The notes beneath the pieces are model-generated. The model saw nothing but the letters and a program-made list of their open reading frames with translations, made no database searches and was not told where the DNA came from. A stretch of DNA of 25,309 nt from a candidate division WOR-3 bacterium (lineage in GTDB: Bacteria > Hydrothermota > Hydrothermia > B15-G9 > DRBW01): positions 1 to 25,309 of the forward strand of contig DRBW01000204.1 of assembly GCA_011042705.1 (NCBI GenBank), written 5' to 3'. How positions within the stretch are numbered: the first letter of the stretch is position 1; each line of letters starts with the position of its first letter. Of this stretch, positions 13,591 through 22,317 are shown in pieces. Both the position numbers and the translations under genes were made by a program.

Positions 13591-14304
13591 ATGAGACTCA
13601 ATAAATACCTGCAGTTATCCGGCGTGGCTTCCCGGAGAAAGGCCGATGAGCTCATAAAGAGCGGCCAGGTGACCGTAAACGGGGAGGTGGTGAGGGAACC
13701 GTGGCACGAGATCGATCCGGAAAAGGACCTCGTGTCGGTCAGGGGAAAGGCCATCCGGGCTATGGAGAGGCCTGTTTACTACGCTTTCTACAAACCCCGG
13801 GGAGTTACCTCGACGCTTTCCGACAGACACGCGAAAAAGACCCTCTCCGATTATTTTCCTCACGGGACCCCGAGGGTCTACCCCGTCGGCAGGCTCGACA
13901 GGGAATCGGAGGGTTTGATGCTTCTGACGAACGACGGCGATCTTTCTTACAGGCTGACCCATCCCAGATACGGGGTTATCAAGACTTACAGGGTCGCGGT
14001 TTCGGGGGGCCCGTTGACTGATGGAGAATTAATGAGGCTCAGGAGCGGAATTGTCCTCGATGACGGACCCTTCAGGCCGAAAAAAGTGGAAAAAACGGGT
14101 TCCCGGGAGCTCCTCATCGAGATATCGGAGGGCAGAAAAAGGGAGATAAGAAGGGCGATAAAATGTATAGGGAGGGAAGTCGAGAGGCTCGTCAGGGTGG
14201 CCATAGGTCCTCTGAGGCTTCCGGAAGAACTCAAGCCCGGCGAAATGCGCCCCCTCGATGAGGAGACGGTCAAAAAACTGAGGGAATCGGTGGGCCTTTC
14301 CTGA
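13591..14304 (+). CDS. rRNA pseudouridine synthase, RsuA/RluB/RluE/RluF family
   Basis: S4 domain MRLNKYL..SGVASRRKADELI..GQVTVNG; KPRGV; VGRLDRESEGLMLLTNDG with catalytic Asp; EGRKREIRR; LVRVAIG. Probably RluB-like, but the exact member cannot be fixed by eye. Confidence 0.93.
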   Translation: MRLNKYLQLSGVASRRKADELIKSGQVTVNGEVVREPWHEIDPEKDLVSVRGKAIRAMERPVYYAFYKPRGVTSTLSDRHAKKTLSDYFPHGTPRVYPVGRLDRESEGLMLLTNDGDLSYRLTHPRYGVIKTYRVAVSGGPLTDGELMRLRSGIVLDDGPFRPKKVEKTGSRELLIEISEGRKREIRRAIKCIGREVERLVRVAIGPLRLPEELKPGEMRPLDEETVKKLRESVGLS

Positions 14305-14310
14305 AGGTCT

Positions 14311-15138
14311 TTATTCCTTCAGCCCGCTCCTCGCATAGCTCTCCACTATCTGCCTCTGGGCGACGAAGAAAAGGATGACGAGGGGCAGTATGGCGATGGT
14401 TGATGCTGCCATGAGTGCAGGATAATTCGTCGTTTCGCCCTGAGCGAAGTAAGCGAGTCCCACCTGAATGGGCCTCATCCGATCGGCGTTGGTTACCATC
14501 AGAGGCCACATGAAGGCGTTCCAGGAACCGATGATGCTGAAGATCGAGATGGTAACGATGGCGGGTTTCGTGAGGGGCATGAGTATGGTGAAGAGAAACC
14601 TGAATCTGCTGCAGCCGTCTATGACTGCAGCGTCGTAGAGGTCCCGGGGGACCGATCGAAAGTGCTGTCGCAAAAGGAATATACTGAAGACGTTCACCGA
14701 CCAGGGGACGATCAGGGCGTAAAAGGTATCTATCCAGCCAAGCCTCTGCACCAGTATAAAGAGCGGGACCACATAGACTGGAATGGGTATCATCATGAGG
14801 GAGAGGATGGAGACGAAGAGGGTTTCCCTTCCTTTAAATTCGAACCACGAAAAGGCATAGGCTGCGAGAATAGATGTTATCAAGACCCCAAGCAAAGTGA
14901 AGACCGTGGTGATTATAGATACGTAGATATAGCGGGGAAAGGGAACCTTCTGCCAGACCTCGGCGTAAGCATTCAGGGTGGGATGGAGGGGAATCCAGGT
15001 GGGCGGTATTCTGATGGCTTCGGGCTGGGTCTTAAAGGACGTGGAGATCATCCAGAGGAAGGGCAGGAGCATGAAGATCGCTCCCAGGGTGATCAGCACG
15101 TAAATGATTATTCTTCCGGCGGATATCTTAGACTTCAT
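14311..15138 (-). CDS. Carbohydrate ABC transporter permease (MalG-like)
   Basis: PFLWMISTSFK, AAYAFS, EAA-loop DLYDAAVIDGCS, WNAFMWPL, LMAASTIAILP. Confidence 0.93.
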   Translation of the reverse strand: MKSKISAGRIIIYVLITLGAIFMLLPFLWMISTSFKTQPEAIRIPPTWIPLHPTLNAYAEVWQKVPFPRYIYVSIITTVFTLLGVLITSILAAYAFSWFEFKGRETLFVSILSLMMIPIPVYVVPLFILVQRLGWIDTFYALIVPWSVNVFSIFLLRQHFRSVPRDLYDAAVIDGCSRFRFLFTILMPLTKPAIVTISIFSIIGSWNAFMWPLMVTNADRMRPIQVGLAYFAQGETTNYPALMAASTIAILPLVILFFVAQRQIVESYARSGLKE

Positions 15139-16060
15139 AGTACACCTTCTTCTCCAGATAAGTTTTCTGGAAGATCGTGATCGCGAGGATTATGAGGAAG
15201 AAGACGAAAGCTATGGCGGATCCGTAGCCCACCTGGTATTCCTCGAATCCCTTCTGGTACAGGTAGTAGACGATTACCGACGTCGTTCCGAGGGGACCGC
15301 CCGGCGGCGGTCCGGTCATCGTCCAGATTGGAGCGAAGACCTGGAAGGAGATGATCGTGGTCATTATCGTCACGTAGAAAGTCGTGGGTGAGAGAAGGGG
15401 AAGGGTCACATTCCTGAAGGAATAAAAAGGGCTAGCTCCATCGATCTTCGCTGCCTCGTAATAGACCTGAGGGATGTTCTTGAGTCCGGCCAGGAAAATT
15501 ATTATGTTGTATCCCAATGACTTCCACACGCTCATCAGGCTTATCGAGAAGAGGGCCAGGGAAGGACCTTTCAGGATGTAGGGCAGCCTCAGTCCCGTTA
15601 TCATCTCGAAGATCCCCCTCGGCTCCTCGAGCCACTTGAGGGGAGAGAATCCCAGGGACGTGAGGAAAAAGTTGAAGAGCCCTCTGTTGGGGTCGTAGAG
15701 CCATTTCCATACCACAGAGACAGCGACGATCGAGGTGACGACAGGAAGGAAATAAATGGTCCTGTAAAGCCCTATGGCCTTTATTCCCCTGTTGAGCAGG
15801 ATGGCTATCGTCAGGGAGAAGATCAGGTTGAGGGGAACGGTGAAGATCGCATAGTAGAAGGTGTTTATCAGCGCCTGCCAGAAGAAGGGATCTTTGAAGA
15901 GGGATATATAGTTTCCGAGACCGAGGAAGCCCTTCTCGCCGGCTATGCCCCAGTCATAGAAGCTGAGCCTGAAGGCGTAGATTATGGGCAGGACCTTGAA
16001 CACGAGGAGCAAGGTCAGAGCAGGCAATAACAGTAGAAACGGTGCTATGTACCTTTTCAT
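15128..16060 (-). CDS. Carbohydrate ABC transporter permease (MalF/UgpA-like)
   Basis: GLGNY..LF.DP.FWQALINT, RTIYFLP.V, YYEAAKIDGA, TLPLLSPTTFY, G.GSAIA. Confidence 0.93.
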   Translation of the reverse strand: MKRYIAPFLLLLPALTLLLVFKVLPIIYAFRLSFYDWGIAGEKGFLGLGNYISLFKDPFFWQALINTFYYAIFTVPLNLIFSLTIAILLNRGIKAIGLYRTIYFLPVVTSIVAVSVVWKWLYDPNRGLFNFFLTSLGFSPLKWLEEPRGIFEMITGLRLPYILKGPSLALFSISLMSVWKSLGYNIIIFLAGLKNIPQVYYEAAKIDGASPFYSFRNVTLPLLSPTTFYVTIMTTIISFQVFAPIWTMTGPPPGGPLGTTSVIVYYLYQKGFEEYQVGYGSAIAFVFFLIILAITIFQKTYLEKKVYYEV

Positions 16061-16061
16061 G

Positions 16062-16325
16062 TCAGAGCCTGTAAAAGATGTAGATCATGAGAAAAATAAA
16101 TATAACGCCCATCAGGTTAATTTGGAAGAAGAAGCCGAAGGTGAACTTGACGAAGGAGAGGTCCAGGGTGAAGGGCGAGAAGCCGAGCCTCGCGTAATCC
16201 AGAAAAAGCCTCTTTATCGGCCCGCTGGGCATCAATATCCTGAGGACGTCGCCTATCACATTGCCCACTACCGCGCCAATAACGAGGGAAAGAAACAGAT
16301 TGGCAGCGGTTCTCCTCATCAACAT
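16062..16325 (-). CDS. DUF4321-like small membrane protein
   Basis: LVIGAVVGNVIG...LGFSPFTLDLSFVKFTFGFFFQINLMGVI; AGGAGG SD 6 nt upstream. Confidence 0.75.
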   Translation of the reverse strand: MLMRRTAANLFLSLVIGAVVGNVIGDVLRILMPSGPIKRLFLDYARLGFSPFTLDLSFVKFTFGFFFQINLMGVIFIFLMIYIFYRL

Positions 16326-16338
16326 GTCATCCCTCCTA

Positions 16339-16422
16339 TGCCGGGGGCGGGACTCGAACCCGCACGGGGTTTCCCCCAGGGGATTTTAAGTCCCCTGCGT
16401 CTACCACTTCCGCCACCCCGGC
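16339..16422 (-). tRNA. tRNA-Leu(TAA)
   Basis: GCCGGGG/CCCCGGC acceptor; GGGGA-CTTAAAA-TCCCC; long variable arm; no encoded CCA. Confidence 0.97.
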
Positions 16423-16433
16423 AAAAATTAAAG

Positions 16434-16506
16434 AGGCGGCACCCGGATTCGAACCGGGGAATAGCGGTTTTGCAAACCGCCGCCTTGGCCACTTGGCTAT
16501 GCCGCC
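16434..16506 (-). tRNA. tRNA-Cys(GCA)
   Basis: GGCGGCA/TGCCGCC with U73; GCGGT-TTGCAAA-ACCGC; no encoded CCA. Confidence 0.97.
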
Positions 16507-16523
16507 TCCTTTTTGGTTTTAAA

Positions 16524-16552
16524 AATATAAGCTGGTCGCCCGCTCTTGTCAA
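16524..16552 (-). promoter_or_regulatory. Sigma70 promoter of the tRNA-Cys/tRNA-Leu unit
   Basis: Minus strand TTGACA (16552-16547), 17 nt, TATATT (16529-16524). Confidence 0.85.
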
Positions 16553-16590
16553 CCTCAGGGGGCACAGGCCGCCGAAGCCGCCTTCCATAT

Positions 16591-17265
16591 CTATTCTTTC
16601 TTCCCGATGAGGTTTTCCCTCTCCGAGAGCAAGAGCTCTATCCATCGGTCTATTCCCTGGCCCGTCTTCGCCGAGACCTCGATGATCTTGAGCCCCGGGT
16701 TAACCCCAAGAGCGTTTTTCCTGAGGGTTTCCACGTCCATGTCGAGGTAGGGTAAGAGGTCGATCTTGTTGATCAGCATGGCATGGGACACGCGGAACAT
16801 GAGGGGATATTTGAGAGGCTTGTCCTCGCCCTCGGGCGTGCTCAGCACTACGACGTTCAGATGGGAACCAACGTCGAATTCTGCCGGGCAGACCAGGTTG
16901 CCGATGTTTTCTATGAAGAGGAAATCGAGGCCATCGAGTTTCATCTCGTTGAGGGCGGCCCTGATCCACCCTGCCTCGAGGTGGCAGTCTCCTCCGAAGG
17001 GACCCGTGTTGATCTGGAAGGTCTCCACGCCCAGCCTGGCCATCCTCTCGGCATCGAGGGTGGTCTGGATGTCGCCCTCGATCACCCCGAATTTGAACCC
17101 GTCGCCGAGCTTTTCAACGGTTTTCTCTATTATCGACGATTTCCCGGAACCCGGCGAGGACATCATGTTGACGCAGAGTATCCCCTTCTCCCTGAGAAAA
17201 CGGCGGTTCTCATCGGCCATTTTCTCGTTGGTCTCAAGTATTTTCTTTAAGACCTTGATCTCCAT
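16591..17265 (-). CDS. hypB: Hydrogenase nickel-incorporation GTPase HypB
   Basis: MSSPGSGKSS, VIEGD, DCHL, FIENIGNLVCPAEFD, EGEDKPLKYP, INKIDL, VSAK. Start moved to ATG 17265 behind an AGGAGG SD. Confidence 0.97.
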   Translation of the reverse strand: MEIKVLKKILETNEKMADENRRFLREKGILCVNMMSSPGSGKSSIIEKTVEKLGDGFKFGVIEGDIQTTLDAERMARLGVETFQINTGPFGGDCHLEAGWIRAALNEMKLDGLDFLFIENIGNLVCPAEFDVGSHLNVVVLSTPEGEDKPLKYPLMFRVSHAMLINKIDLLPYLDMDVETLRKNALGVNPGLKIIEVSAKTGQGIDRWIELLLSERENLIGKKE

Positions 17266-17620
17266 TTTCGTCCTCCTTGACGATTTTAAAGGATTCAATG
17301 AGAAGCTCCTCGCCGCGGATCACCTTTATCTCGGGTGACCCGCAGCGGGGGCATACAAAGAGATAGCCGTCGAGCTCGAATTCCTCGCCGCACTTCTCAC
17401 AGCGGGCAGTCAGGGGAACCTCCTGTACCTCGAGCTCAGCGCCCTCGAGGGGCGTGCCCTCCGACATAAGCTTGAAACAGAAATCGAGGGCTTCGACCGA
17501 GAGTACGTGAATCCTTCCCACTTTTAATTTTATCGATTTGACCCGTTTCACTCCCTTTATCCCTTCTAAGGACTGCGAGACCGTGGCCACTATATTTTTT
17601 GCAAGCGACAGCTCGTGCAT
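17234..17620 (-). CDS. hypA: Hydrogenase nickel metallochaperone HypA
   Basis: MHELSL; C-x2-C and CP-x-C zinc site; GEELLI. Confidence 0.97.
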   Translation of the reverse strand: MHELSLAKNIVATVSQSLEGIKGVKRVKSIKLKVGRIHVLSVEALDFCFKLMSEGTPLEGAELEVQEVPLTARCEKCGEEFELDGYLFVCPRCGSPEIKVIRGEELLIESFKIVKEDENGDQGLKENT

Positions 17621-18621
17621 CAGCAGATCCTCGGAAGTTGCTCTCCCTGAGGCATCTCCAGGATTCTCCTTGTGCCGTATGCCGTCACGAGGATCACCTT
17701 TCCCGGAGCCTCATCGGTGAACTCTCCTATTATAGATGACTCTTTACCCAGAGGGTGTGATCTCATGGTATCGAGGGCTCTTTGAGCCTCCTCTCGGCCC
17801 ACCACGAAGACCATTTTGCCCTCGTTGGCGGCCAGAAGGGGATCTATGCCCAGTATCTCCGAGAGGCCCCTGACCGCCTCTCTGACGGGGACCTTTTCCT
17901 CATAGAGATTTAATCCGAAGCTCTTTCCCCTGACGATCTCGTTGGCCACAGCAGCCAGCCCGCCACGGGTGGGATCCCGCATGAACTTCACGTCGACCGC
18001 GTCCAGGACGGACTTCACTAAATCCCATAGCGGAGCGCAATCGCTTCGCAGATCTCCGGGATCTTCGAGTATTTTCTCCCGCAGAGCCATTACCGTTATC
18101 CCGTGGTCGCCTATGGTTCCGTTCACGAGCAGAACGTCGCCGGGCTCTATCCTTTCGGGGGAGGGCGGGGGAGTCCTGTAGAGCCTGCCGATTCCCGATG
18201 TGTTGATAAAGAGCCCGTCGGCCTTTCCCCTCTCGACGACTTTGGTATCGCCGGTTATCACGGGAATACCGACTTCCGATGCAGTTTTGCTCATGGAGCT
18301 CACTATTTTCTCGAGGTCCTCAAGGACAAAGCCTTCCTCTATTATGAAGGCAGCCGAGAGATAGAGGGGTTCCGCCCCTGAAGCCGATAGGTCGTTTATC
18401 GTCCCTGAGACTGCGAGCTTTCCTATGTCGCCTCCGGGGAAAAAGAGGGGGCTGACCACGTAGGAATCGGTGGTAAAGGCATATTGACCCACAGTGGCGT
18501 CGAAGAGGGCTGAGTCTCCGAGTTCGGAGAGCTTTTCGTTCTCGAAATACTTGAGGAAGACTTTTTCTATGAGTTCACGGGTCCTTTTTCCTCCTCCGCC
18601 GTGGGAGAGAAGTATTTCCAT
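17620..18621 (-). CDS. hypE: Hydrogenase maturation carbamoyl dehydratase HypE
   Basis: LSHGGGG, FTTDSYVV.PLFFPGGDIGKLAV.GT.NDL, MRDPTRGGL, ANEGK, C-terminal LPRIC. Start at ATG 18621 just after the hypD stop. Confidence 0.98.
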   Translation of the reverse strand: MEILLSHGGGGKRTRELIEKVFLKYFENEKLSELGDSALFDATVGQYAFTTDSYVVSPLFFPGGDIGKLAVSGTINDLSASGAEPLYLSAAFIIEEGFVLEDLEKIVSSMSKTASEVGIPVITGDTKVVERGKADGLFINTSGIGRLYRTPPPSPERIEPGDVLLVNGTIGDHGITVMALREKILEDPGDLRSDCAPLWDLVKSVLDAVDVKFMRDPTRGGLAAVANEIVRGKSFGLNLYEEKVPVREAVRGLSEILGIDPLLAANEGKMVFVVGREEAQRALDTMRSHPLGKESSIIGEFTDEAPGKVILVTAYGTRRILEMPQGEQLPRIC

Positions 18622-18622
18622 T

Positions 18623-19708
18623 TCAGCCTCCGTACTTGTAATAGGCAGCGCAGGTCCCCTCGCTGGAGACCATACAGGGCCCATACGGGTTATCGGGCGT
18701 GCAGCTCTTTCCGAAGAGGGGGCACTCGGGCGGTGAGACCTTGCCCTTGAGCACGTCGCCGCAACGACAGAGAGGATTCTCGCGGGTTTCCTCGACCTCG
18801 ACTTTCACCGAATTCCTTATGTCGAATTCCAGGTAGTTTTCCCTGAGCTCCAGGCCGCTTGAGGGGATAATGCCGAGCCCCCTCCATTCGCTGTCGGCTT
18901 CGGCAAAGACCTCCTTCATTATTTCCCTGGCGCGCGGGTTCCCTTCTCTCTTGACGACCCTGGTGTAGGCATTTCTCACCTCGCTTTTGCATTCCTTCAG
19001 GTCCCTCAGGATCATGTAGAGGGCTGACAGGATGTCGGCTGGCTCAAATCCTCCGACGGCCGAAGTGATCCCGTATTTCTCGATAAGAGGCCTGTAAGGT
19101 TCGGTGCCTATTACGGTGGACACGTGGCCGGGCAGGAGGAAGGCGTCGATCTCTATCTCGGGGTCCTGAAGCAGAGCCTCCATTGCCGGGGGAATGACCT
19201 TGTTCCCAGGGAGGACATAGAAGTTGCGAATCCCTTTGTTCCTGGCCTCTTTGAGAGCGGCCGCTATGAGGGGGGCCGTGGTTTCGAAGCCGACGGCGAG
19301 GAAGACGACCTTTTCGTCGGGATTTTTTTCGGCATGGAGGAGCGCGTCGTGGGGAGAATAGACCACCAGCACCTTTGCGCCCTTTGATTTTTCCCTTTCA
19401 AGAGAGGAGCTCGAACCGGGCACCTTCACCATGTCGCCGAAAGTAGCTATGGTCACCCCTTTAAGCCTGGATAGGGCGATTGCCGTGTCTATATATCTGT
19501 TGGGAGTCACGCATACGGGACAGCCGGGGCCCGATATCAGGCGGACCGTCGGGGGAAGAAGGGAGGGAAGCCCGAACCTCCTTATCGCCATGGTGTGCGT
19601 TCCGCAGACCTCCATGATTTTCACGGTCCTCTCGGGGGCGACCTTACTGATCTCCTCCTTCAGCCGCTCGATGACCGCGGGATCCCTGAATTCGACAAGG
19701 TATTTCAT
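18623..19708 (-). CDS. hypD: Hydrogenase maturation protein HypD
   Basis: EVCGTHT, SGPGCPVC, GFETTAP, PGHVS, CRCG, GPCMVSSEGTCAAYY. Confidence 0.98.
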   Translation of the reverse strand: MKYLVEFRDPAVIERLKEEISKVAPERTVKIMEVCGTHTMAIRRFGLPSLLPPTVRLISGPGCPVCVTPNRYIDTAIALSRLKGVTIATFGDMVKVPGSSSSLEREKSKGAKVLVVYSPHDALLHAEKNPDEKVVFLAVGFETTAPLIAAALKEARNKGIRNFYVLPGNKVIPPAMEALLQDPEIEIDAFLLPGHVSTVIGTEPYRPLIEKYGITSAVGGFEPADILSALYMILRDLKECKSEVRNAYTRVVKREGNPRAREIMKEVFAEADSEWRGLGIIPSSGLELRENYLEFDIRNSVKVEVEETRENPLCRCGDVLKGKVSPPECPLFGKSCTPDNPYGPCMVSSEGTCAAYYKYGG

Positions 19709-19920
19709 ATTATCCGGGCTTCCTTCAGGATCTTCAGGGTTTCGAGGGCCTCTTCCTCATCCAGTTTCTGGATGGCGTAGCCAGCATGTACGATGACGTA
19801 ATCCCCAACTTTCACGTCCTCCAGGAGATCGAGGCGCACGTCCCTTTTCACTCCGCCGAGCTCTGCCTTGCCGTCAGGCCAGTTAAGTTCAACCAATTTC
19901 ATGGGAATTCCGAGACACAT
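19705..19920 (-). CDS. hypC: Hydrogenase maturation chaperone HypC
   Basis: MCLGIP; VGDYVIVHAGYA. Confidence 0.98.
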   Translation of the reverse strand: MCLGIPMKLVELNWPDGKAELGGVKRDVRLDLLEDVKVGDYVIVHAGYAIQKLDEEEALETLKILKEARII

Positions 19921-19921
19921 C

Positions 19922-22210
19922 TCATAACCTCCCTTCTCTCACGAGCACAGCGGCCGTGTAGGCCTGCCCGAGAGAGACACCGCCGTCGTTTATCGGCACT
20001 TTTTCGTTAAAATAGACCTTAAATCTGTTTTCTTTCAGCGCGTTTATCGTCCTCTCGAGGAGAAAACGGTTCTGAAAGGCCCCTCCAGAGAGGACGACCT
20101 TTTCGATCCCCCTATCGTCTCTGACGAAATCCGCCACTCTGAGGACCGCGGAAACGAACCAGTTGTGGAACCTGGCCGCGATCACGGGGACCGGCGTTCC
20201 CCGCAGGATATCGTCATAAACCTCAGCGACGAGCGCCTTGACGTCCAGGATGAGATGGCCCTCGCTCTCCGTAAATAGGGGCTCGTAGGAATCCTTCACT
20301 TCCGGATCGGCGGCCATCTCAAGCTCGATTGCCGCCTGGGCCTCGTAAGTTATCCGGTGCCTTATCGAGAGGAGCGATGAAACCCCATCGAAGAGGCGTC
20401 CGGCGCTCGAAGTCAGGGGCGAGAGCCTCTCAGTTTCAGCGAGTCGCAGCACCGCTTCGAGATTGTGATTTGTTCTCAGTTTCGCTGCCCATGGCGTTTC
20501 CAGGGCTTCCTCGCCCAGCACTTCCTTCATGAGGGCGAGGGCGATCCTCCAGGGTTCCTCTATGGCCTTCTCTCCTCCCGGCAGGGGGAAATAAGCTATG
20601 TGAGCTATTCTCTCGAAGTTTCCTGTTTTCCCGGCGAAGAACTCTCCTCCCCATATTCTGCCGTCTCTCCCGTATCCGGTGCCGTCAAAGGCCACCCCGA
20701 GCACTTCGTCATCGACTAATCCCTTCTCGGCGAGAACACTTGCCAGGTGAGCCTCGTGGTGTTGAACGGCCAGGGCGGGAAGCTCCATTTCCCCGGCGAG
20801 GCGAGTTGTGGGATAATCTGGGTGGAGGTCGTGCACCACCAGCTCGGGCTTAAACCCGAAAAGCTTTTTCAGCCTTTCCATGATCTCCAGGAGGTAAAGG
20901 TAATTGTCGTAGATGTCGTTGTCGCCGAGGTACTGCGAGAGGAAAGCCCTCTGGCCTCTCAGAAAACAGAGGGTGGATTTCATCATGGGGCCGAGGGCGA
21001 GTATCTCCTTATCTGATGTGAAGGGAAGAGAAATGGGAGCGGGCACATAGCCCCTCGCCCTCCTTATCAGTATCTCCTTACCGTCGATGACCCGCGCGAC
21101 GGAATCGTCTATCCTGGTGGCAATGTCTCTGTTATGGAGGAGGAAGTAATCGGCGATTCCCGACAGTTTCTCCAGGGCGACATCATTGTCCTTGATTATG
21201 GACTCGTCCCTGAGGTTTCCGCTGGTCATAACGAGCGGCCTCTTTGTTTCCCTGAGCAGCAGATGATGGAGGGGAGTATAGGGCAACATGAAACCTATAT
21301 ATCGATTGCGGGGTGCTACATCCCGGGAGATGACTTTCCAGGCTTCCTCGCGGGCTTCGAGGAGCAGGATGGGGCACTTCGGTGAAGTGAGGAGCTCCCT
21401 TTCCTTATCGCTCAGAAAGCAGAGTCTCTCCACGGTTTCGAGATCGGGGGCCATCAATGCAAAGGGCTTGTCGCCCCTCTTTTTCAAAGCCCGTAGCCTT
21501 TTCACAACGTTGTCATTCGTCGCATCGCAGGCTACGTGAAACCCTCCGAGCCCTTTTAAGGCGATTATCTTTCCCTCCTGGATAAACCGTGCAGCTGCCT
21601 TTATGGGATCTCCGACCTGAATTTTCACCCCATTTCCCTCGACGAGCCAGACCTCAGGGCCGCAGACGGGGCAGGCATTAGGCTGAGCGTGAAACCTCCT
21701 GTCGGCAGGATTTTCGTATTCTGCCCTGCATTCCGGGCACATCTCAAATTTTCTCATCGTCGTGTTGGGCCTGTCGTAAGGGACATCCTCGATAATCGTA
21801 TATCGCGGCCCGCAGTTCGTGCAGTTGATGAAGGGATAACGGAATCTCCTGTCTCCCGGGTCAAAAAGTTCCCTCAGGCAATCGGGGCACGTGGCGAGAT
21901 CGGGCGATATCAGCGTTTCCCTTTCCCTTCCCGAGGAGCTCTCATAAATGACAAAACTCGCATCTCCTTTAGTATCTATTTCCTCCTCGACGAGCCTGTC
22001 GATGGAAGCGGCAGGCGGGCACTCGCTGTAAAGACGCCTTTTGAATGTTTCTATTTTTTCCTCGTCGCCCTCGATCTCGATTTCCACCCCCAGGGTGTCG
22101 TTGCGGACAAATCCCCTCAATCCGAGGGAGGTGGCTATCCTGTACACATAGGGCCTGAAACCGACTCCCTGAACAATTCCATAAACTCTGAGGAGTTTCC
22201 TCTTAATCAT
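19922..22210 (-). CDS. hypF: Carbamoyltransferase HypF
   Basis: Acylphosphatase domain GIVQGVGFRP; zinc fingers C-x2-C-x18-C-x2-C twice; KGLGGFH; YrdC-like domain; QHH..H; DGTGYG; DGG.SLGQ. Confidence 0.98.
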   Translation of the reverse strand: MIKRKLLRVYGIVQGVGFRPYVYRIATSLGLRGFVRNDTLGVEIEIEGDEEKIETFKRRLYSECPPAASIDRLVEEEIDTKGDASFVIYESSSGRERETLISPDLATCPDCLRELFDPGDRRFRYPFINCTNCGPRYTIIEDVPYDRPNTTMRKFEMCPECRAEYENPADRRFHAQPNACPVCGPEVWLVEGNGVKIQVGDPIKAAARFIQEGKIIALKGLGGFHVACDATNDNVVKRLRALKKRGDKPFALMAPDLETVERLCFLSDKERELLTSPKCPILLLEAREEAWKVISRDVAPRNRYIGFMLPYTPLHHLLLRETKRPLVMTSGNLRDESIIKDNDVALEKLSGIADYFLLHNRDIATRIDDSVARVIDGKEILIRRARGYVPAPISLPFTSDKEILALGPMMKSTLCFLRGQRAFLSQYLGDNDIYDNYLYLLEIMERLKKLFGFKPELVVHDLHPDYPTTRLAGEMELPALAVQHHEAHLASVLAEKGLVDDEVLGVAFDGTGYGRDGRIWGGEFFAGKTGNFERIAHIAYFPLPGGEKAIEEPWRIALALMKEVLGEEALETPWAAKLRTNHNLEAVLRLAETERLSPLTSSAGRLFDGVSSLLSIRHRITYEAQAAIELEMAADPEVKDSYEPLFTESEGHLILDVKALVAEVYDDILRGTPVPVIAARFHNWFVSAVLRVADFVRDDRGIEKVVLSGGAFQNRFLLERTINALKENRFKVYFNEKVPINDGGVSLGQAYTAAVLVREGRL

Positions 22211-22218
22211 TCAGCTAA

Positions 22219-22247
22219 ATTATACAGCAAATAGCCTTTTATGACAA
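22219..22247 (-). promoter_or_regulatory. Sigma70 promoter of hypFCDEAB
   Basis: Minus strand TTGTCA (22247-22242), 17 nt, TATAAT (22224-22219). ATG 22210 lies 8 nt downstream. Confidence 0.85.
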
Positions 22248-22260
22248 TATTCACATAAAA
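22237..22260. promoter_or_regulatory. Palindromic operator overlapping the hypF -35 (Rex- or CRP/FNR-family-like)
   Basis: TTTTATGACAATATTCACATAAAA: 10 of 12 positions pair. Minus-strand core is TGTGA-N6-TCATA. Confidence 0.55.
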
Positions 22261-22281
22261 TAGAGATTCTTTTTCTATTTC

Positions 22282-22311
22282 TTGACTGTCTTTTGACTCA
22301 GTTAATATAAT
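22282..22311 (+). promoter_or_regulatory. Sigma70 promoter of the GT4-NYN unit
   Basis: TTGACT (22282-22287), 18 nt, TATAAT (22306-22311). GTG 22318 lies 6 nt downstream. Confidence 0.75.
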
Positions 22312-22317
22312 TTCAAA

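Noticed and set aside
16319-16645. 108-aa minus-strand ORF
   Set aside because: It is a read-through of tRNA-Cys and tRNA-Leu.
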